A DNA stretch of 63,481 nt, filler included, from Thraustochytrium aureum (taxonomy: Eukaryota), in assembly GCA_012862495.1 (NCBI GenBank). It is 5 parts of 4 records of this genome, joined end to end, with 100 filler letters (N's around TTAATTAATTAA, not from the genome) between each part and the next. Parts side by side here need not be neighbours in the genome. Positions count along the whole stretch, not along the records: positions 1 to 25,999 come from BLSG01000252.1; 4 more parts are not named here. One strand, 5' to 3'. Under the pieces are notes generated by a model. It had not been told where the DNA came from. It saw only the letters and a program-made list of their open reading frames with translations, and made no database searches. Each line of letters starts with the position of its first letter. Position 1 is the first letter of the stretch. Both the position numbers and the translations under genes were made by a program. Below are positions 11,110 to 21,303 of this stretch, in pieces.

Positions 11110-12231
11110 ATCCAAGACCAGAGCTGGCCGATGCTAAAGTCCTTTTTGTTTCCCGTCGATCTGCATCTCTTTGAGCGCTTCGAGACCGACCAGCCCAAAG
11201 CTTTGTGGGCCTTAAAGCAGCTCAGGTCTTGGTCGGGCGACGGTGTGCAAGTATTGGACACGCTCGATGTATTGCGCCTCGCTCGCCAGAGCCAACCGGG
11301 CACGCGGTTGGTGGCTCAAGCGTACGTGAACCGGCCGCTCACGCTTGCGGGTCACAAGTTTGACACGCGCTGGTGGGCTCTCATCACGAGCGTCAAGCCA
11401 CTGCGCGTTTACACTATCCCAGATGCCTATGTGCGCGTCGCCGCTGAACGATACTCGGCCGAGCCGGAGTCGCGCACCAACCGGTGCATTCACCTTACGA
11501 ACGGCAAAGTGCGAGCCGCGTGCGACGCGGCGGGCCGAGTCCAACGCCGCGGCTATCACGGGTCGGCATCCTCGCTTCCCCTGCGCATGGGTTCTGCCGA
11601 GTTCGGCCACCTCCTCACTGACGCGTCTGGACACCCTCTACGCGGCCAAGCGAACGACGTTCCTCAGCGCTTGCGCAGGGCGTCGGTGGCTGCGATCGCC
11701 AAAACGGTGCTCCTAGCCCTGCCCCGGCTACGCGAGTACCGGGCAGCCACAGCAGCGCGGTGTTTTCAGCTCCTCGCGTTCGACGTCATGTACGACCAAC
11801 TGTCCTTGGCGCCTCGAGTCATCGAGGTGAATACGAATGGCTTTCTGGGTGGAGGCCTGCTCAAGGTGGCGCAAGATTCGCGGAGCGACCTGCCAGCAGA
11901 CCGGTTTTTGCGCGACATGTTTTCGCTCGTCGGCGCAATGGGGTACGCTAGAGGCGACTACCAAGCCACGCTCGAGCGCGAGCTCGGCTCGCTTCTTGCC
12001 AGCGCCACGCCTGAGGGCAAGCGCGAAACACTCCGCCATGTGCAAGACGCTGTAGATGAACTTTTTCACCGCGGGTCGTGGGAGATGGCCTACCCGCTCC
12101 CCCTGCGGACTGAAGACGGTGCGCTCAATGCCGTGGCTGAGGCGATGGACGGCTCGGTGACTTCCGAGTTCGTCACCGCACTCCGCGTCGTGCTGCGGTC
12201 GTTCCCAGGGCTCATTCCTGTAAATGTGTGA
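11110..12231 (+). CDS. Tubulin-tyrosine-ligase-like (TTLL, ATP-grasp) protein, C-terminal part; 5' part in or before the gap
   Basis: QAYVNRPLTLAGHKFDTRWWAL, HLTN, CFQLLAFDVM, IEVN motifs of the TTL family. Confidence 0.85.
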   Translation: MQDQSWPMLKSFLFPVDLHLFERFETDQPKALWALKQLRSWSGDGVQVLDTLDVLRLARQSQPGTRLVAQAYVNRPLTLAGHKFDTRWWALITSVKPLRVYTIPDAYVRVAAERYSAEPESRTNRCIHLTNGKVRAACDAAGRVQRRGYHGSASSLPLRMGSAEFGHLLTDASGHPLRGQANDVPQRLRRASVAAIAKTVLLALPRLREYRAATAARCFQLLAFDVMYDQLSLAPRVIEVNTNGFLGGGLLKVAQDSRSDLPADRFLRDMFSLVGAMGYARGDYQATLERELGSLLASATPEGKRETLRHVQDAVDELFHRGSWEMAYPLPLRTEDGALNAVAEAMDGSVTSEFVTALRVVLRSFPGLIPVNV

Positions 12232-12424
12232 ATTCAATTCTCTCTCTAGAGCTAGAGTCTGGCTTTGCATTGTTGTTGGACCGCGAAGCCCGCGATCGAG
12301 CGACGCGAGTGCGGCCCTGTGCGAGCTGCGCACCCAGCGTTTCGCTCTTGCCGCCCTGGGCAAGCAAGCTGCCCACCCAGCGTTTCGCTCTTGCGGCTCG
12401 GCTTTGGCACGCCTTCCCGAATCT

Positions 12425-15400
12425 TCACGAGATGGTGTCCTGCAACAAGATGCCTCGATTGGCCCGCGACGAGCGCGGCAGGGCGGCGCCAGACCCTGCA
12501 CTGTCCGCTCCTACTTGGCCCTGCGCCTCGACGAGAACGGTCTGGCGAGTCTTCTCGTCGAAAGCGTGGTCGATGTCCAGTCGAGCAAACTTGGACGGGT
12601 CGCGAACCTCGCGCGTCTCTGGCTTCCAGCCAAACCTCGCTGCCTGCTCCTTGCACAAGCCGGAGCACAAAAAGTATGCCGCCGTGTTTTGTGCGTCGTA
12701 GCCGAGACTCTCGAACTTGGGCCAGTGCCTGAGCATTGTTGTTCCAAGCGCGTCAGGACGGCAGTCGTCACAGTACGCCGATGGGCAGGCGATACAGCGA
12801 AAAAGGACGCCTCCAGCAGAGCTCACCGCGCGATTGCACTGGCGGCACCGGTGGTGCGGGCAAGTCCAACTGGCAAGCTCCTTTGGGGTGCCGCCGTGAA
12901 CTCCACCGCACGACTTGTGCATGCTCACTGGGCAGTGCATGCAAAAGACGTTATTCGAGCCGACATTTCCGCACTTTTGGCACTGGTGAGTGTGCGACCA
13001 GAGCCGACCAGGGCCTTTGACCTCGCGTGACTTGTCCCGATCAGCAGACGAGAGCTCGCAATCAAAGACGCTCCGCTCGCCGCTCTCCAAATCGTACATG
13101 TTGCTTGACAGAACGGGAACGAGGGCCGCGCCGTAGCCCGACCCTTTGGCCTCGACCATTTGTACGCGTTGCTTGCGCTCGCGCTTGGCCTTCGTCTCCC
13201 ACATTTTGCGAATCTGGTCCATCGATCCCACCTTCAACTTGTTCGAGTTTTGCTTGCGAAGGGTAGAGAAGTCCACACCCCCCAAGGCGCACGTGGACCG
13301 GAGCTCCTCGCGGGGGTCGAACGTTTCGGCGCTCCCAAGGCGAATCACCGTCGTCGATGGCGCAGACCCCGACCCGGGTGCTTCGCGCTTTGTCTGTTCA
13401 AAGGCTTCCTGCAGCTCAAGCGCAGCCGACCTCGTTCGATCGACCAGGTGGGCGATCTCCTCGTCCGAAGGAAGCTGCTGCAGGTCGCTCGCGCTGCCAG
13501 AGCCGAGGATGGCGTCTGCGCCGACCTTGACGGCGGCAAGGAGCTCCGCGGCCCCGACACCGTCGTTCTCGACCGTCTTGGCGGCCGAGCCGTCGGCAAG
13601 GTCCTCATTGCCGCCNNNNNNNNNNNNNNNNNNNNNNNNNNNNNNNNNNNNNNNNNNNNNNNNNNNNNNNNNNNNNNNNNNNNNNNNNNNNNNNNNNNNN
13701 NNNNNNNNNNNNNNNNNNNNNNNNNNNNNNNNNNNNNNNNNNNNNNNNNNNNNNNNNNNNNNNNNNNNNNNNNNNNNNNNNNNNNNNNNNNNNNNNNNNN
13801 NNNNNNNNNNNNNNNNNNNNNNNNNNNNCCGTCAAAGCGCAGGACGCGAAACCCGCGCAGGCGCGCGTAGTCTTCGATGATATCGAGCGTCATCAGGAAC
13901 TGCGAAAACAGCACTGCGCGGTGGCCCTTCGTGTAGAGCTCGACGAGGAGGCGGTCCAGCACGGCGAGTTTGCCGGACGCGGCGACCAGGTCCTCGATCG
14001 TGGTGGTCTCGGGGTCAACTTCGACGCCATCGAACATGAACGGGTGGTTGCAGCACTTGCGCAGCTGGATGACCATGTTGCGCAGGGCGGCGTAGCCCAC
14101 CGCTGTGGTTTTGACCACTGCCTTTGCATTGCCGGCGTCGTCCTCGTCCGCTTTGACGGCCTCGCTAACCCGGGCGAGCGTGGAGAGGTCCTTGAGCAGG
14201 ATGGCTTTGTACCAGAAAAGCTGCGTCTCGCTGAGCGGGCACATGACGTACGTTTCCACCTTGGGGGGCAAGAGCTTCTCCACCTCCGTCTTGAGGCGGC
14301 GAAGCATGAACAGCTTGAGCACCTTGCTGGCCTGGGCGATCAAGCGCACGTCCACAACATTCTCCTTGATGTTGAACGCGGATTCGAACGGCTCGGCCGC
14401 GTCAAAGTACTCTGGGCACAGCAGGTTTAGAATGGCCCAAAGCTCGGTCAGGTTGTTTTGCAGCGGCGTGCCCGTCAACATCAGCTTGTTGTGCGCGTGC
14501 AAGCCCCGCGCAGCGGCAGTCCACTGCGTATGCACGTTTTTGAGGATGTGGCCCTCGTCAAAGACCGTCAGCCGAAAGTTGATCCTCGGCCACAACGTGC
14601 GGTACGCTTTGAGCATGTCGTAGGTGGTGATGACGGCATCAAGGTGCTCGCTCGCGCCAAAGCACTTTTTCTTGAGCTCCTCGCGCTCCGCCGCGTTTGG
14701 CGAGTGCAACAGGAGCACCTTGAAGGACGGGGCCCAGCGCGCAAACTCTTTTTGCCAGGCGCTCAGCACGCTCAGCGGGCACACGATCAGCGACACGCCG
14801 CCCTGGCCGAGCGACTCCTTCAGGTAGCAGAGAAGGGAGATGGTCTGCAGCGTTTTGCCGAGTCCCATCTCGTCGCCGAGGATCATCGGGAGCCCATTCG
14901 CGTGCATGTAGGCCATCCAGCGGAGACCCGCCAGCTGGTAGTCGCGCATCTCGCCCTTGAGCAACGTGGGCTGCCTCAGCGTCGTGTCCGGCGCGGCTTG
15001 GACAGGCCCCATCTGCCGCACCGCAGGATCGACGTCGTCAAGTCGTGCGCGAGCTTTGTCGCTCATGAAGGGCCCAACGGCTTCAATGTTGGCGGCCATG
15101 AACCGCTGCTGGGCGACGCGCGACACGGCAAGTGACTCTTGGATAATATGCCGGTCTTCCGCGCGCCTCAGCGCGACGCCGCTCAAGGGCTTGGCCTTCT
15201 TCTCGGCGGGCTTGTTCGTCCCCCTCGCCGTCGACCATCGCTTTGCGCCGCTTTGCGATGAAGCGGTCGCGCTCCAGCTGTTTCTGCTTCGCAAGTGCGA
15301 CCTGCTCCGACTCGTCCAGGTCAAGTCGTACGTATGTGCCGCCTTTCAGCACACAGTTATTCTCCCGGAGGATCTCGTGCCCGTCGATGACCACGACCCT

Positions 15401-15529
15401 GCTCTTCCGTTCACGGGTAGACCTCCTCACTTCATCCTCGTCCTCGGATTCAACGAGATCGATCACGGCCGCCGCAGCCTCCTCCACGGCCGCGGCCGTC
15501 CCCGCAGGCGCCACAACGCGGTGCAACAT
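12425..15529 (-). CDS. SNF2-family ATPase (ISWI-related) with C-terminal PHD/Cys-His zinc-binding region; frameshifts near 15330 and 13360, internal gap
   Basis: MRDYQLAGLRWM, ILGDEMGLGKTLQT, DEGH, LTGTPLQNNLTELW, QLRKCCNHPF, SGKLAVLDRLL, LFSQF; C-terminal CxxC...CPHHRCxxC...CxxCPxAYCxxC. Confidence 0.92.
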
Positions 15530-16189
15530 GACTGACAACCCCGCGCAAAACCACGGCAGCCCGGCACACCCGCAGCGCAACCACGGCACAGCCGCAGCGC
15601 AACCAACGCGCAAACCACGGCACAGCAGCAAGCGCGTCGACCTCCGCCCTCGGCCGCCCGCGAGCCCCGGCAGCGCTCGCAAGCGTCGTCGCCGCGCGCC
15701 GTTCGGTGTCTGCCGCGCGCCTGCACTGCCGAGGCCTCCTCGAGCAGTTTCTCCGTCAGCCGCACAAATACACGCGTCCACTTTTTTTTTAAATAGCTCC
15801 TCCATTCGCATCCGAGAGAGAGCGGTTGCTCCGAGTGCGGTTCCTGTGGAACCGGGCGAATTGTTTAAATCTGGGATCGTGTATGGGGAGGTTAGGGTTG
15901 AGGTTAGGTTGCGGTTTTTGCTCGTGAGCGCAGACTCTCGTGAAGCAGACACCGAAGGACGAGCAGGAGGACGAGCAGGAGGCGCTGCTGCTGCTGCTGC
16001 TGCTGGTGGTTGTGGGGAGAGCGGCGCCGTGCGAGCGCCTGCGGGGCGCGTGCGGGTTGAGCGCGTTTATTCTGGCGTGGCAGGCAGGCAGGCGGCGAAC
16101 AGGTGCACTGTCCCAGGCTGCGGGTTTTGAAGAAGGGAGAATTGGGGTTTGGCACCTTGTACGGCGAGGAAGAGGGAGGTTTGTCGAAA

Positions 16190-18172
16190 ATGGGCGACCC
16201 GGTCGACGAGATGAAGGCGACGCTCGAGCTTGCTGCGTTTAAGGCTGCGAAAACGTCGCTGAAGGAGAAAAGGTATGCGAGCGCGGCAGAGCAGCTCGGC
16301 AACCTTCTGGAAGCGCTCGTTGGCGAGCAGGGGGACCTCGCCGCCGCGCTTGCGCCCGTGTATTACGAGTACGGCAATGCGCTGCTCATGCAGGTCGAGT
16401 CCAACTCGAACGTGTTCGGCGAGAGCGTCAAGACCGGCGGAGATGGCCACGGAGATGACGACGGTCAAGGCGAGCACGCGAATGGCGGCCCATCTGCGCA
16501 GGCGGCCGAAGGCGGCGCGCAGGAGGCTCCCGATCACCCCCCCAAGCCGGGGAAGGCGAACCGAGCGACGAGACGAAAGAGGAGGCCGGAGCGGAATCCA
16601 TGCTTGACGAAGTGATGAACCAGCTCATCGACGAGTACGTCGCAAAAACTGGCAAGGACCCAACGGAGGAGGTCCTCAAACAGTGGAAAGAGACGCTTGC
16701 TGGAGCCAACCTGGCCGCCTTGGCCAGTGACATTGGCAAGGCCCAGGGCGCGACCTCAGAACCTGCCGACGAAGGTAACGACGAAGCCGGGGTCGGGGCG
16801 GCGGCTGCGGAGGCTGATGATGAGCCCGCAGAGGACGCCGCCGCCGCCGCCAAGACTTCCACTGATGCGCCTGAAGCTAGCGAGGAGCAAGTCCTGGGCG
16901 GCGAGGACCTCGAGGAGCTCATGAACATCGCATGGGAGGTATTGGAAACCGGGCGCGTGCTGCTGACGCGCACGGAGGAGTCCTGCAAGAACGAGGACGA
17001 CCTCGTCTTCCTGCGCAAGCAGCTGGCTCTCACGTACCTGCGGCTCGCGGACCTCTCCATGGAGCGCGGCCTGTTCGAGCAGAGCATTCTTGACTACGAA
17101 ACGAGCCTCGAGAAGCACCGCCAGGTGTTCTCGCCCCACTCGTGCGAGATCGCCGAAGTCTACACGCTTTTGGCAACCTCGCACCTGTTCGCCGCTTCCA
17201 ACGCAACTGACACAAAGGGTATGCGCGACCACCAGCTCAAGGCCATGCGGTCTTACGTCTTGGCAATTTTTGCCCTGGCGGCGAACCGGCGTGCGATCCT
17301 CGGCGAGGGCGATATGGGCAAGGAGCCAAACCTCTTTCCGAGCGAAGAGGACGAGGTGGCCGAGCCTGTGCGGCGCGACACCGCGGGCGACGAGGACGAG
17401 GACGAGGTTGAGGATAGTTCGGCCGCCAAAGGCAAATCCAAGGCCAAGGCCGCGGTGTTGCCTGCTGCGCCCGCAGAGGGCGAGGAGCCCCCCCTTGAGC
17501 CCCGAGCGAGGAGGCGCAGCTGCGCGCCGCGAAAGCCGGCCTAGCAGCGATTCTCGAAGGCCTCCCGACCGAGGAGCAGCTCGCTGTAGGTGACAGCAAG
17601 GAAACCACCGAGACGCGCTCGCGGCTGCAGTTTATTGAGGACCTCAAGCTCAGGTTGATNNNNNNNNNNNNNNNNNNNNNNNNNNNNNNNNNNNNNNNNN
17701 NNNNNNNNNNNNNNNNNNNNNNNNNNNNNNNNNNNNNNNNNNNNNNNNNNNNNNNNNNNNNNNNNNNNNNNNNNNNNNNNNNNNNNNNNNNNNNNNNNNN
17801 NNNNNNNNNNNNNNNNNNNNGGACCTCAAGCTCAAGGTTGATGACATCATCCTTGTGCTCGAGAACCGGGAGGCCAGCCAGGCGATCCAAGGCGCGGCGG
17901 CAGGCGTTGTAGAGGAGGGCATCGAGAGCGCTCAGGCCGAAGCCAGCAACCCCTTCGACAAGCCCACGTCGATGGCCTCAGATTCGGCGGCGGCCGGCGG
18001 GCCGACTAATCTGCTTCAGGTGCGAAAGAAGGCGGGCGCCCCGGAGGCCAACGGCGCCAACGGCGAAGCGGCGCAGGCTGATCAGCCGAACGAAGTGCAA
18101 ACGAAGCGCAAGATCGACCTCGCTGCTGGAGAGACGGAGAGCGCAGAACCTAAACGAGTGAAAGAAACGTAG
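16190..18172 (+). CDS. NASP: NASP/Sim3/Hif1-like histone chaperone (SHNi-TPR); frameshifts near 16545 and 17505
   Basis: APVYYEYGNALL, acidic insertion, IAWEVLETGR, YLRLADLSMERGLFEQSILDYETSL, basic C-terminal KRK/PKRVK tail. Confidence 0.85.
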
Positions 18173-18403
18173 GAGGGTGGCGGCGAGGAGCGAAACGACG
18201 AGAGAAAGAGAAAGAGAAAGAGAGTTACACAGGCTACTGCAAACTTCATACTGTGGACAATTCAGCTTGCCCAAGTTGGCTTGGCCTGGTTCTGCTCCAA
18301 CCCGCCAAGACTGTATCCAGCCAAGGCGAGAGCAGCCCACGGCGCCTGCCTCTAGCTCTTGAGAGCTCTACTACTCTCCCTAGAGAGCTTGAGCTCTCTT
18401 GCG

Positions 18404-19314
18404 CTAGCCCTGCCGGGCAAGGATCCGCGCGAGCACTTCCTCCGCGGCCAGCACGCCAACGCTGGACGCAACCTCCCAGCGCGGATTGGAGGCGCAGGCC
18501 TCTGCAACAGAGCCGTGCGTCGCTTGCAAAACAAAGCACGAGCCAACCTCGGCTGCCATCGGAAGGTCGTTCTCGTCGTCGAAGAGCGCCACAGCCTCGT
18601 CCGGACGAAATCCATGTTTCTCCAAGTAGTACCGCACTGCATTGCCCTTGCCCGAGTGGCGCGGGAAGAAGTCAAACTTGCCCAGGTTGGTTGCCATCGC
18701 CAGGACGGCGGGGAGCTCGCGCGCAACCATGCTGCGGAACCCCTCCTCGTCAGCAAGGGCAACGTCCGTCTGCTTGCTCAGATCGACACGAAAGCAAAAA
18801 AAATAGCTGCGCGAGTCCACAACAAAGCCGCGCCGAACAAGCTCGCGCGCCCAGTCCCACAGGGCCCCGTCACGCTCCAAGGCCGGCTTGGCGTGCTCTT
18901 CTCGAGTCGCCGGCCCACAAACTGTTTCCATGCGACGTGTCCATTCGGGCTCGAGGCCCGCTCCGTCGTCACCGAGGATGAAACGCCCACCGGTCTCGGC
19001 AAAGGTGGCATCTGCGGGGGCCATGAGCGGCAGCCGCTCCATGATCGTGGAGCTCCGCGCGCCTGTGACATACACGAAACGCACTCCCTTGGCCCTCAAC
19101 TCGGCCACGAGCTCGATCGTCCTCAAGCTCATCACGCCGGGCCCCATCGTGCTCGTCGGCAGCAGCCTGCACACCCGCTGCTCCCCGCCCGCTTCAAACC
19201 GGCCAGCCCAGGCTCGTCGCCAGGCCTGAGCGTGCCTCCGAGGGGTCCGAAGTGTCGCTCGAAGTGCACCATGGTCCCGTCCAGGTCGGAGAACACCACC
19301 TTGACCTTGCCCAT
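18404..19314 (-). CDS. HAD-superfamily hydrolase (Cof/sucrose-phosphatase-like); frameshift near 19220
   Basis: Motif I VVFSDLDGTM, motif II VTGAR, motif III SGKGNAV, motif IV FDDENDL. Confidence 0.85.
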
Positions 19315-19809
19315 CTCGCCTTGCCTTCTCCAGCGCGCGTCGCTCCAAGCCCGAGCAGGCCCGCGTGCGGCCCGAGCGCTTCCGCGCGCCGCGCCGCGCC
19401 GCTGCAGGTNNNNNNNNNNNNNNNNNNNNNNNNNNNNNNNNNNNNNNNNNNNNNNNNNNNNNNNNNNNNNNNNNNNNNNNNNNNNNNNNNNNNNNNNNNN
19501 NNNNNNNNNNNNNNNNNNNNNNNNNNNNNNNNNNNNNNNNNNNNNNNNNNNNNNNNNNNNNNNNNNNNNNNNNNNNNNNNNNNNNNNNNNNNNNNNNNNN
19601 NNNNNNNNNNNNNNNNNNNNNNNNNNNNNNNNNNNNNNNNNNNNNNNNNNNNNNNNNNNNNNNNNNNNNNNNNNNNNNNNNNNNNNNNNNNNNNNNNNNN
19701 NNNNNNNNNNNNNNNNNNNNNNNNNNNNNNNNNNNNNNNNNNNNNNNNNNNNNNNNNNNNNNNNNNNNNNNNNNNNNNNNNNNNNNNNNNNNNNNNNNNN
19801 NNNNNNGAG

Positions 19810-21071
19810 ATGACCTCCTTTCTCGTCGAGTATACGAACGAGGAGCTGCTGTGGGCGCTGGACGAGCCGCAGGATGCGTCAGGGACCGGATCGCATGGGC
19901 CCCGGCGCGGCGCCGAGCCCGGTTTTAAGCCGGAGGACGATGGGGGGCCCCGGGCAAACGCGCGGGCGTGAGCTCAACAGCAGTCGTAACGCAAGAGCGA
20001 GATGACCGGCACGCCCGCACCGCACGGGATGGCGTGGAGGAGGAAAGGAAGCAGATCGGGCCAACGGAAGAAGCGGCGACGGGCACGGTCGCCTCGGGTG
20101 CGGGCCGTATCCGGGACCAGCGCTCAGCCGAAAATGGCGAGCTGCGAGCCATTGGGGGGGTCGACCTCGCGCTGGTGCCTCAGCGCCTGGCTGGGTCGAC
20201 TACCGTAGAGTCAAAGGAGGGGGAGCGAGCGCCCTCCAGCTGGTTCAACGCGGACGCGAGCGCGTTCAAGGTGCGGGCTGGGCCCAACTACGCGAAGGCG
20301 AAGAGGAAGACCTCGTCCGGCCCTGCGCTCTACCGGCAAATCGGGATGGACCTTCTGCGCAACACGTTCGATAAGGATACAAAAATATCAAACATCGGCG
20401 CGCACGTGAGGTTCCCGCCAACAGAGGTCCCAGAGTACTTTGACGGCGAGCCGTGCCCGCTTCCGCGCCTGCTGGTGTGCAACGTGCAGATTCCGCTGCT
20501 TGGGCCAAAGATGTTTGGCAAACAGGATCCGGACGCAGGCTTCAGCATGGTGCAGTACTTTGAGATCAAGCCGAGCACGTACCGCGAGGCCATGAACCTC
20601 GCAAACGCGTCCGCGGCCGTGCGCCTGCTTGCGCGCTTCTTCAAGGAAGCCGCCTTCAACGACGACATGGCGCGCCGTTTCAAGGTAGTGGGAATGATTC
20701 ACAACATGGCCGAGGTCGGCGTCCCTTCCATGTTCCAGAGCTACAATGGCAAGCCCGCCATCGTTTTCAAAACCGGGCGCATGTTCCGCGGCCCAGTTCA
20801 TGGCGACCCGCAAGACCTCTACTTTGAGATGGATATCAACGTGCACGAGTTTGCGTACTTGCCGCGCAAAGCCATCTTTTCAATGATGGACCGCCTGACG
20901 CAGATGGAGCTTCGATGCGCGTATGTGATCCAGGGCGAACGCGACGAGGAGCTGCCTGAGAATGTCGTGGCCTGCTCAGCGATAAACTTTATTGACATTT
21001 CCAAGGCGCAGGCAGTGGACATCCATCCGCCAGAAGAGTCCCAGATCCACAAGCGCTTCACCATATCCTGA
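19810..21071 (+). CDS. EDR2 C-terminal domain (DUF1336) protein; 5' end possibly in the gap; frameshift near 19960
   Basis: FKVRAGPNY..K.K, LLVCNVQIP, RFKVVG, YNGKP, YFEMDINVHEF, IQGERDEELPE. Confidence 0.85.
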
Positions 21072-21303
21072 AGACTTGCAGAGCAGTGCGGTCATGTGCT
21101 TGGCGAGCGTTTTCCGGAGGCCCGAAGGGCGGGGTGCCCTGTAGATGTTGCGACCTGCCACCAGTGCTGCGCATCGATCTTGCCACGGACGAGTTTCGGC
21201 ACGCGAGGCTTGTGAAAAATCATTAGTTTTCTCTCTACTTTTAGGTGCGGAGCTCCCCTGCGCAAGCGCGAGCAGCTTGACCGACCCCCCGACCCCCGTC
21301 CGC

